From contig OZ024740.1 of the NCBI GenBank assembly GCA_964016885.1, positions 398,722,001 to 398,786,000 of the forward strand: a DNA stretch of 64,000 nucleotides, given 5' to 3'. Both the position numbers and the translations under genes were made by a program. Positions 12,501 to 22,320 of the stretch are shown one piece after another; position 1 is the first letter of the stretch; each line of letters begins with the position of its first letter. The notes below the pieces were generated by a model. The model saw only the letters and a program-made list of their open reading frames with translations, did no database searches and was not told the DNA's origin. Origin of the DNA: Eledone cirrhosa. Its lineage: Eukaryota.

Positions 12501-13420
12501 GGAATACGTCGGAGCTGAAGTGGCACCGATTACAGGTCCAGTGTTGAAGCCTTTCAGCTTGAATTTTGGTGATGCCGATACAGCTTCTGTGGTAGCTTGC
12601 GTGGCATAGGTGACATTTAATTGTCTTTAAGTACCGACTAGTGCGGGCACAGAGAGCGCAATCAGGTGGTGGGCTGGCAGCAGCTGGCAGTAGAGGGCCA
12701 GCGTTGGAATTCGGTGGAGGGACTGAGTCAGTAAAGGAGACAGCAGAGGTTCTTAACGGTGGGACTAGAGTGGAGCTGGGTGGTGGGCTAACAGTTGTAG
12801 GGGTGGTGTGGGTGGCCGGGTTGAATTCGCTCGGAATCTGCCGTGAAGAGGAGGGGGGGTAGGTGGGGGCAAGTTAGCTCCTCTCGTGTGTGCCGCAGTT
12901 GGTGGAGAATGAGAGGTCGAAGGCTGACTGTTTGTCACATAGTCGTTCCACCAAGCAGGTCTCTTGGTCGTTCGACGCATGCCACCACCACCTAGAGTGG
13001 ACTAGGTTAAAGTGGTGGCAACTTTAGCTATCGGCAATCACCGGTGATAGTTCGGTCGAAACATCGGGCCACCGACAGGTTGAACGAATACCTAGGTGGG
13101 CTGTGCGCGAGGACGGAGTAAGGGGTGGGCAGAGGGAGGGATAGAAAGTGGAGAAGGGGTGAGAAGATTATGAGTGCTTGGAGAGGAGTGTGGTCATGTG
13201 AGAGGCAGGTAAATACAGTGGGAGAGAAAGAACACTGAACATGCACAAGAGAAAGAAAATAAAAACGCTAGAAATACAAAATCTAAGGCTGTGAGTTTGC
13301 GTAATAGTTCGCATGGGTAAATCCGCAGTAAAAACTGAAATTGTGAGTCTGTGTGAAGAAAAAAAAAATAAAAACACATGGGCAAGACTTCAGTAAAATC
13401 AAAACCTGAATGATAGTGAT
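9575..13420 (-). mobile_element. Near full-length, frameshifted CRE-clade non-LTR retrotransposon (PHD - RT - CCHC - RLE) in DHRS4 intron 1
   Basis: RIPKGAR; QLGVGTRLGCEAAVH; KLDLRNAFNSV; GVQQGDPLGP; WYLDD (11176-12180); CRCG...C..RH..IN and EPSGLSRSDGKRPDG...WDVTV endonuclease (10016-10633). 5' boundary approximate. Confidence 0.9.
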
Positions 13421-13854
13421 ACAAGATGTTTATAATTACAGAGTGATTACATTACTGGACCTGAATTCTATCAAGTGGTCAAAGCTTCTAATTCTGTGAA
13501 ATAGAATGGAAGTATGGATTGACCTTTCAGTCACACCTGACTATAAATAGATTCAGGTTATTTCAAGAGGGAGATGTGATGGTGCCATGTGTAATCTCTT
13601 CTTGTGAAGCTAGTGGTGGTTCCTCGCCATTTATAATTATTTATTTTTATTTTAATATATCTGAAAAAATAGGGAAACGATTGCCACAGTTGGACTGTCT
13701 TTGATTACAGGTTTGTTGAGATTAAACAAATATATAAGGTTTAAAACCATTCGCCAGATAATTAGAACGTTTATATTCTCTCTTTCCCCAGTGAGATATT
13801 TCTGTTAGAGTTACACAGACATGTCATTTGCTTACCTTTTACTCTATTGAAACT

Positions 13855-14202
13855 GCTCTCGGGTCTCGAATATCCCCCCCCCCCCCCCTGTCTTATTATT
13901 AATTTTTCAGATTTTTTTCCACCACCCCCACCACCCGCTTATTAAATTTTGCCAATCTATCTCCGGCGAAATTTTATTTTAAGTAGTAGCATTTGTGCGA
14001 CAATTAATTTTCTTTAGACATTATACATGACAAAAAAAGTACATTACTAGAAATCCTATACATTATAAAATAAATAGGATGGGTTGGGGTCTCTTATGTA
14101 AACTAAACGACTAATTCTGGTTTTTAAAACAATCAATGGAAACAACCTAGAACCCCCGTCCCACTTGTTCTTATTTCCTCTATTATTTGGGACTTGAGAG
14201 CA
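13855..14202. mobile_element. Putative MITE
   Basis: Imperfect TIRs TGCTCTCGGGTCTCGAATA / TATTTGGGACTTGAGAGCA. Confidence 0.45.
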
Positions 14203-14634
14203 TATCTTGAAGATTTATAGGTTATTCTTATCTAAGGTTCGCAAACTGGTGATACAAATATATCGCTCATATCATCATTAGAGATACGTGTGTGATGGAC
14301 CTTCGTCGGTTCCAACGGCGTGAGTTCCAGTTGTTCGAACAACGAAACAACCTTCGTATGAAATCAACAATTAAGTGACTGAGCATTGCATTGGCGTAGT
14401 TCTCAGATAGATTCATCCTGACATGGTCTGTGACATGTAACCCCTGTACGACCTGTGCATGGTCGGAACGTCGGCGACTAAACTGGCAACCTCACCAAGT
14501 ATGTGTGAATGTATAAATGAATCAGATCGATTAAGAAAATATTACGAAATTCATTGTCAATGATACACACCGTTTATTCCGACATGGAATGTGACATTAA
14601 GTGTGTTTATGTGGGATATGATTTTAAAACTTAC

Positions 14635-14693
14635 CCATCAGTAGAAGCAGTTACTACGGCAACCTTGCCTGCTAGACGAGCTACAGCTGACAT
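14635..14693 (-). CDS. DHRS4: DHRS4-like SDR, coding exon 1
   Basis: ATG at 14693 with an in-frame upstream TGA; MSAVARLAGKVAVVTASTD(G); GG|GTAAGT donor. TASTDGIG is the DHRS4/DHRS2-type Rossmann motif. Confidence 0.9.
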
Positions 14694-15156
14694 TCTTGGT
14701 CACGGAATGAGAAGATTTCACTGAACACCGTTATATAAAACAGTCAACAATTAACATTTATACCCGGATTTCCTGACCCCCTACTCATCTCTCTCTCTCT
14801 ATCTCAATATATCTATTTTGTTCTCTTAGCGTTTCCTCACGCACTCCTTTCACTTAAGTGGATTAGCTGGTAATTGATATATTTTAATCTGTTTCTGAAT
14901 CTTTTAATATCAAACGCAATATCCTTTTCATGATGCATTTTACTTATTTTGGCTCTATATTTCTCAGTATCTGCCCGTATATGTGTTGTGTGTTTAAGTA
15001 CACATATACACATGCGCATGTATGTATATGTTTACACACCTAGAGATACACACACAAACACCCACACGTGTGTGTATTTTTATGCGTGTTTACATACGTT
15101 AAAAGCGGTGGCAAAATAAACATGCATGGAGCATCAGGCCTTTTGCGTATTATTTA

Positions 15157-15263
15157 CCTGCCGAGGTTGACTTTGCCTTTCATCCTTGCGGGGCCGATAA
15201 AATAAAGTACCAGTAATGCACTGAGTAATTGCTGGCCTTGTGCCTAAAGTAGAAACAATTATT
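15157..15263 (+). mobile_element. SINE family B, 3' part
   Basis: CTTTGCCTTTCATCCTT.CGGGG.CGATAAAATAAAGTACCAG core (Deu/Nin-domain-like). Confidence 0.8.
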
Positions 15264-15648
15264 TATGCCCACAAAAAATTAAGGTATTTGAAATAAAAGA
15301 TTTTTTCGAAATGAGTACCTATGTTAACTATAAATGTGTGTGATATACATATAGATATTAACTCTATATGTGTGTATATATAATAACCATATATGTGTTA
15401 ATATATAGATCTTAACAATAGCAGAGGTCAGACGAGCTTTTGATTCCAGATCGAACCTTGAGCTGATCAACAGCGAAACGCGCATTACCAATCAATAAAC
15501 CTAATAAAAACTTAACAAATCGTCCTTATATTATTATTATATATATATCCAGGGAGTGTAACGTGAAGTTACTGTAGGTTCACCCAGTATATAATATAAT
15601 ATATAGAAATAAACACACAAAGAAGTGTGTTTATTTCTATATATTAGA

Positions 15649-16042
15649 CTAGCAGATTTACCCAGCGTTGCTCGGGGTTTGAAATTATGCTAAGAATATA
15701 TAGCTAGGAAGTAAAAGAAGAACATTATTTGTCCCCAACCTGTCAAAATAAGCAGAAGTCTTCAATAATTAATGCAAACGAATATATTTGGTGAAACGGT
15801 TATCTCCCTTTTTTATAAGGATTGTCAATGAAGTTTGTTATCTCCCTTACATCAATTTTTCTACCGATAATTTTGATATCGATTTTTAATCGCTCAACGT
15901 GGGTCGATTTGAAAAATGTTTGTGATGTAACAATCTTGTCGACCTGTGCAACGTGCACAGAAAATTTGGTAATTGTGAAAGCCTTATGCCTGCCAAGTTG
16001 TACACAAACACACACACATCCTCGCTTTTATATATATAAAGA
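15649..16042 (-). mobile_element. Non-autonomous Helitron-like element
   Basis: On the - strand it begins A|TC, has a (TG)n tract and a subterminal hairpin CCCGAGCAACGCTGGG, and ends CTAG|T. Confidence 0.7.
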
Positions 16043-16136
16043 TTATAAAGAGTCAGTCTTTTTATACTATGAGCTCATTAATTACAGGGTATTAACGCGA
16101 GTTTTTAAGTCCGTTTTTCATATATATATATATATA

Positions 16137-16313
16137 GGAAAACTCCGGCCGTTTCGACAGCTAGATCCGAACTGAGTTCTGATCTAGCTGCCGAAACGGC
16201 CAAAGCTCAGCCGTCGGGGATCTGATTCTTTTCTTATTACCCACTCTACTACTCTAAATATCGAGTACTCTGGTGCGTTATGGTCCACCAGGTTTCTTTC
16301 CACACTTTCTTTG
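16137..16313 (+). repeat. Hairpin-headed element flanked by (TA)n (sibling of 17735-17918)
   Basis: Hairpin at 16147-16201 plus a tail shared with 17852-17910 (TATTACCCACTCTACTAC...TGGTGCGTTATGGTCCACC). Confidence 0.8.
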
Positions 16314-16485
16314 ATATATATATATATATATATATTGTTATACTTTGGGAGGGTCATGTTGCCAATAAGAAACACGCGTACCAGTTGCTTTCACTTCAAT
16401 TTATTATAATAAATTTATAAATTTAGGAATTTATAAATTTCCGGTTGGTTGGTTGGTTCCACAACCAGATTGTTGTTTATATATT

Positions 16486-16528
16486 GTCAAAGTTCTTTCG
16501 TCACACATTTTGTGACCTCTTCAGTGAC
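16486..16528 (-). ncRNA. Mirror copy of the minimal hammerhead-like motif
   Basis: Reverse complement of 16671-16713 with one loop difference. Confidence 0.55.
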
Positions 16529-16670
16529 TAGGGAGTCTTTTCTTTGTTTTTGTGCCTCTCCTTTGTTCTGTTCTACGCCATCTTGTTTCTGTGTGTGTGC
16601 TCATGCACAGAAACAAGATGGCGTAGAACAGAACAAAGGAGAGGCACAAAAACAAAGAAAAGACTCCCTA

Positions 16671-16713
16671 GTCACTGAAGAGGTCACAGAATGTGTGACG
16701 AAAGAACTTTGAC
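16671..16713 (+). ncRNA. Minimal type-I hammerhead ribozyme-like motif
   Basis: GTCA-CTGAAGA-G-GTCACA(GAATG)TGTGAC-GAAA-GAAC-TT-TGAC: 4-bp stem I, core boxes, 6-bp stem II, 2-bp stem III, CUU triplet. Confidence 0.55.
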
Positions 16714-16939
16714 AATATATAAACAACAATCTGGTTGTGGAACCAACCAACCAACCGGAAATTTATAAATTCCTAAATTTATAAATTTATTATAATAAAT
16801 TGAAGTGAAAGCAACTGGTGCGTGTGTTTCTTATTGGCAACATGACCCTCCCAAAGTATAACAATATCGGTTTCAACACACGTTTTCAGATAAAGAATAT
16901 TGCTAAACAAATTCAGAAACGAAATATATATATATATAT

Positions 16940-17687
16940 AAACGGAAAAAATGAAATGAAATTTCATTTCCCACTCTTAGTACGGCTGTTACTTAAATAT
17001 AAGTATGTACACGTACATACATATATGTATACAGACTTACAGTAGTAAGTATATATATATACATACATGCACACATATATATATGTACGTATGGATTCAC
17101 CGAACATTTATTATAATGCTCGGTGTGTTTGTAAACAAACATCCCGTATTAAGCCGTAGTGTCCAGCAACCATCGTTGCTCGTTTGTTCAACACTGACAA
17201 AGGAATGCTGTACTAGTTTCAAGCTTATTAGCTATCGTCAGCAACGTATACCTTCCTGCCAGATGGTTGAACGTATATACTTACCTTATGCATATTAATG
17301 GCTGAGTAGCCCAATTTGCATATTGAGTGGGTTAATCGGCCGGGTGCACCGAAAACGATAAACGGAAAACATGAAACGAAATTTCATTTCCCACTCTTAG
17401 TACGGCTGTTACTTAAATATAAGTATGTACACGTACATACATATATGTATACAGACGTACAGTAGTATGTATATATATATACATACATGCACACATATAT
17501 ATATGTACGTATGCATTCACCGAACATTTATTATAATGCTCGGTGTGTTTGTAAACAAACATCCCGTATTAAGTGTCCAACAACCATCGTTGCTCGTTTA
17601 TTCAACACTGACAAAGGAACGCTGTACTAGTTTCAAGCTTATTAGCTATCGTCAGCAACGTATACCTTCCTGCCAGATTGTTGAACG

Positions 17688-17690
<3 letters not shown>
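16940..17690 (+). repeat. Partial tandem duplication with a 420-bp period
   Basis: 16941-17278 is repeated at 17361-17690 with few differences; both outer ends run into (TA)n. Confidence 0.95.
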
Positions 17691-17734
<44 letters not shown>

Positions 17735-17739
<5 letters not shown>

Positions 17740-17918
17740 AACGAGTAGGACCCCGACGGCTGAGCTCAAGCCGTTTCGACGGCTAATTCTGGACGTCCAG
17801 AATTAGCCGTCGAAACGGCTTGAGCTCAGCCGTCGAGGTCCTACTCGTTCCTATTACCCACTCTACTACCCTAAGTATTGAGTACTTTGGTGCGTTATGG
17901 TCCACCTGGTTCCTCCGT
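17735..17918. repeat. 120-bp spacerless palindrome (17735-17854) plus tail
   Basis: Symmetric about GGAC|GTCC at 17794/17795 with one mismatch. Confidence 0.95.
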
Positions 17919-17949
<31 letters not shown>

Positions 17950-17950
<1 letters not shown>

Positions 17951-17996
17951 TTCCTGATGATTTCTAAAGAATGAAACAGTTCTAGTCCTGTAGAAT
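17950..17996 (+). ncRNA. Type-I hammerhead ribozyme-like motif
   Basis: ATTC-CTGATGA-TTTCTAAAGAAT-GAAACAG(TTCTAGTC)CTGTA-GAAT: stem I ATTC/GAAT, stem III ACAG/CTGT, GUA triplet; stem II weak (U-U at its base). Confidence 0.5.
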
Positions 17997-18152
17997 CTCA
18001 TCTATATTAAAATGGCAACATTGAGGACCGAATAAATTAGATTACTGATATAAAAGACACAGAAGCGAAAAGCGAAAACCAACCAAACAGTGAGTGTGTT
18101 CTGTTATTAATTCTGGCAATATTACACAAATATGACCCTCCCCAAGCATAAC

Positions 18153-18176
18153 AATATATATATATATATATATATA

Positions 18177-18245
<69 letters not shown>
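18153..18245. repeat. (TA)n/(CA)n microsatellite
   Basis: Direct reading. Confidence 0.97.
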
Positions 18246-18587
18246 GAAGGCACATGGCTTAGTGGTTAGAGCATTGGCCTTGCAATCAAAAGGTTGTGAG
18301 TTCAATTCTCAGGCCGGGTGATGTGTTGTTTCCTTGAGCAAGACACTTTATTTCACATTGCTCCAGTTTACTCAGCTGTAGAAATGAGATGATAGGGACT
18401 GGGGTCCATATTCCACTGCAAAGTGGTCGTGGAGGTGACACGGCAAAAAAGCACCCAGCACTCACTGTAAATGAGATTGGTGTTAGGAATGGCATCCAGC
18501 TGTAGAAGTCAAGCCAGAATCACTTCCCGTCCCACCCTTGCAAGCAGGGAAAAAGCAGGCATAAAATGGAATGATGATGATGATGAT
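18246..18587 (+). mobile_element. SINE family A
   Basis: Near-identical to 4684-5005. Confidence 0.9.
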
Positions 18588-18799
18588 ATTAGGATTGGTG
18601 CTCTGAAATAGCGATGTATAAATGAATGTATGTATAGTATATTTGGCAATATACCGTATGTTTAATTAAAAACATTTAGAAGACCATACGCTATCAGTTT
18701 TAAAGTGACTATGTCACTTACTTCTTTTCAGCGAAAGAAGGGAGAGAAGCTGACAGTCTGTTTTTACGCTGGTTGGCGTTCATCAGAGCCACGTACTCC

Positions 18800-19190
18800 C
18801 CTGTTCCAGCGCTTCAGCCTCGCCATCACCTGAGGCAACGGTGCGAGTGCGCTGGCTTGCCTCAAAAATCATTAGAGAGGTTGTCCAGTACTCCTCGTGA
18901 TGCTGCTGTATTTTGCTCTGGCAGTGGCTTGGTTGTTCACTTTATATTTTCTTTAATATTGCAACATTAAAGGAATATATCGTTCTGAAAGAATCGCGAG
19001 CAATTTATAATGTTATTTAAGCATCTGTAGTGTTATTCATGTATATATTTAAAACATATTTGTTATGTTATTCTACTGTAAATTCATTTATATGCTTTGT
19101 ATATTAATTGTATTTATTTATATTTTCATTCTGTAAAGAATTATAAACAATTTTTAATGTTATTTATACAACTGTGAATTATACAAAGCT
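18800..19190 (+). mobile_element. CRE-clade LINE 3' end and UTR
   Basis: LFQRFSLAIT remnant and a UTR homologous to the reverse complement of 9590-9940. Confidence 0.75.
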
Positions 19191-20178
19191 TCTTATACTT
19201 GTTAACATAGGTACTCATTTCGAAAAAACTTTTTTTTTTTAAATTACGTCCTTTACGTTCGCTATTCTATACGTTTACCAAAATTAATTTTGAGCCCTTT
19301 AGATTTTACGGGGCCCTGGCAACAGCACAGTCAACGCTCCTCCTTAATCTGCCACTGGTTAAAAGTAATATAAATGAAACTCCGATGAGTATTCCAGTTG
19401 TTCGATTAACCAAACTACCTACTCGTTGAAATAGCGCGTAAATGGCTGAGCATAATCCGACAGAATCAGCGTGACACAATGTGCCTAGGCCAGCCCTTTG
19501 AGTTACACTCTATTTGTTGAGCTTTCATAGACTTTGTCTGCTCAGTTTCACTCACAAAGGTTAGGTTGACCCGAAGCTATGGTAAAAGCCTCGCCCAAAA
19601 AGTCATGTAGTGGAGTCAAGCTGAGATCTGCAAAATTAACTTCTTAACAACTCGGCCAAATGTGTCCACATACACACATGTGTCTGTGTCAGACCTATCA
19701 ACTCTCCCTGTTCGATGGGGGAGATATCCTACCCACCTTGGGGAGTGTGAAAGATGTATTCTTTTGTGAAAATGGGTATAGCTTTCATTATGTAAAATTT
19801 CCCCATTTTGGCTCATTTCTCCCCGTTTTGGGCGCACTTTTTTTTGTGGTACTCCCCATTTTGCTTTTTAGATGTTGGCAGGTCTGCTGTGTGTACATAC
19901 GTGCACACATTATATACACATACAAACAAGCACAAGCGTGAATATGAGGTATAAAATATAAATTATATAATAATAGGACTCGTTGTTTAGCCCCAAGTTA
20001 AGTCTGATGAAGTAGGGGTGTTTTTTGCTTTAAGTGGACGGCAATCTCTGATCAATGATTTTGTTTCATATTCTTTTAAACCAATTACAATATTTTTTTT
20101 CATATTTTCCTTGGACATTTAAAAATATAATAATAATAATAATTGTTTCTACTTTTGGCTCAAGGCAGCAATTACCCA

Positions 20179-21050
20179 ATGAAATTATTGTGTACAGTGT
20201 TCAGGTGCACTACAACTCATCAAAGGTGCATGTATAGTATATTGCAGGTGTAAATTCCATAGTTATTATAGAATTTGATATTAGAGGTGGTGGAGATGGT
20301 ACGTTTTGGTTTCCAACAGTAAAAATGCCTGCATAGCATTCAGCAATGAGTTCTGCACATTCTTTGGGATCGTCAGTAATCTGGCTTGTGTGGGGATTGC
20401 AAAGAGGACCAACTGGAGAGTGAGGTCTCTGCTTTGAATGTATATATTTCCAGAACACCTTACTGTCAGGGTTGGTTGCTATGTGCTGTTCAAATTCAAG
20501 TACTGCCCTTTTTGTCACTTGCTTGAGATGGTTGGATGATTTATTGCGCTTTTTTCTATTGATATCTGATTTATGCGGTTTGTATTCCCATTCAGCATTA
20601 CAACATTCTTTCCTGGCAAGTCAGACTTCTGTAGCCTCCAAAATTGCACTTTTGGGATGTTTTTGTGCTTACATAGTACTGATGCTGCACATGCTGTCCA
20701 TATTAAGTTCAGGATGTTCTGAAGTATACTGTCCACATCTCCAGAGTCGTAAAATTCAAGCCAGTTTGAGCGTTGTAGCTTGCTGCAGTAAGAGTTCCAG
20801 TCTGCTTTATTCCAGTCAAAGCGAGAAGTTTGGAGATAGTTGTGATTTTTGTTACTGCCCATAAGAAACAGATTGGCAATGATCATAGCATGATCATCTA
20901 AAAGTTCCTCAGTAGTGACACTAATAACCGTTTCAGGAGTAGTGGTAAAGAGTAGATCCAAAGTGGTATCACCTCTTGTTAGGGAGGTGGCTACTTGGGA
21001 CCAGTTCGAATCCAGCACTAGCTCAAAAAAATCATTTGCAGTGGACTTTC
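20179..21050 (-). mobile_element. CR1 LINE with the RT domain deleted
   Basis: Endonuclease end and linker homologous to 60745-61880, fused directly at about 20240 to the 3' tail. Confidence 0.85.
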
Positions 21051-21854
21051 TAATTTGCAGTAATACTAAAGTAGTGTTTCGAGATAAGCATTTCATCCTA
21101 AATTTTCTAGATCTGAGGGTCCACTACTGAAGAGTAAGTGAGCAATGCCATCCAGTGTCCCTCCCCACTGGCGACAGGCCAGGTGCTTGCCATTCTTTAA
21201 ATTGATCCTTCTTTATGAAAGATGGGTGATTGGCCATGCAGCAGAAACTTTATCAATGGAATTTATACGGCAACAAATGCATTGAGTTACTTACATTCTA
21301 CAATTTAGAAAAAACATACAAATAACCTTTGTTCCATTCACGAACTGAATAGGTAGATTATTATTATTTGAAAATCAAAGTGATTTACAATGACTGCAGC
21401 GATGATACATTAATTTAGTTTCATATTTAGATTGAATTGACGATCTGATATCAGTCATTTTTTATCATATTCTAATTCTGCCTAACCATTTTTTTCCGAT
21501 CCATATTCACTAATTTTGTTAATGCGGCGAATGTTGAGATTTAAGAACAAATTTGAGGGCGATGTGTGCAATTGCCTAATGTAATTGTAGAGCGAGGCGG
21601 ACAGCTGATAATTTGTTTGCAATAGAATTAAATAAGGTGGAATGAATCAATAAAAGGGTATAATGTTTGATATTCTAAGACAGATTAAAATGCATCTACC
21701 ATCAGCTGTTCCCATGACCGGATTTATCGAGGCCAGTAGGGATGAATACCCTGAACCCCCCTCATCAAACAGCCCCTCCCTCGGCAAACAGGGGCCCTCC
21801 ATTCTTCTAGCAGAAGAGAGAGTATGTTTATAAAAATGTAATTGATGTTGCTTT

Positions 21855-22320
21855 TGTGTCTTCTTCTTCTTCTTGAGAGGGTCGTGGGGGTTGAGTCCTC
21901 AAATACTCCTTCCAGTGGATCCTGTCAGAAACAACCTTTGGCACGAATACCGAATTGAAGATAGCGAGTTTGGCTTTTACTCCTAACTCCCTTCTTCTGA
22001 TTACTGAATGCTGAAGCTGGCGCATTACTGCACCAGCTCCTGAAATTCTTGCACTTAATTCAGCCTCCTGCCTTCCATCACTCATGAACATGGCCCCAGG
22101 ATACTTGGACTTTTCTACCTGCTTCAGTGGAACTCCATTCACATGTAGAGTACACTGCGCAGGCTTCCTTGACAGGATGAGTGTCTCAATTTTCGCAGCC
22201 CTGATTTTCATTCCAGCTATGCACTACTCGGCATCAAACCTATCGAGTCCAAGTCAGAGATCATCTTCTGTCGAGTTAAGTAACACCATGCTGTCTGCAA
22301 ATTCCAGCCGACTAATTTTA
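21855..22320 (-). mobile_element. RTE LINE fragment
   Basis: FAD-like remnant, MKI.AAK.E.LILSRK, (GAA)n tail. Confidence 0.75.

Larger units (their letters stand above)
16332..16867. repeat. Near-perfect palindrome, 262-bp arms with 12-bp spacer
   Basis: 16332-16593 is the reverse complement of 16606-16867, with about 3 mismatches. Confidence 0.97.

Noticed and set aside
15455-15485. CCTTGA-GCTGATCAACAGC-GAAACGCG hammerhead-like remnant
   Set aside because: The CTGANGA box and stem I are not intact; at most a decayed motif
16449-16712. 87-aa ORF across the palindrome centre
   Set aside because: By-product of the inverted repeat; no protein-like features
17277-17287. ATACTTACCT resembling the 5' end of U1 snRNA
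   Set aside because: No U1 stem-loops or Sm site follow; better read as a minus-strand splice donor
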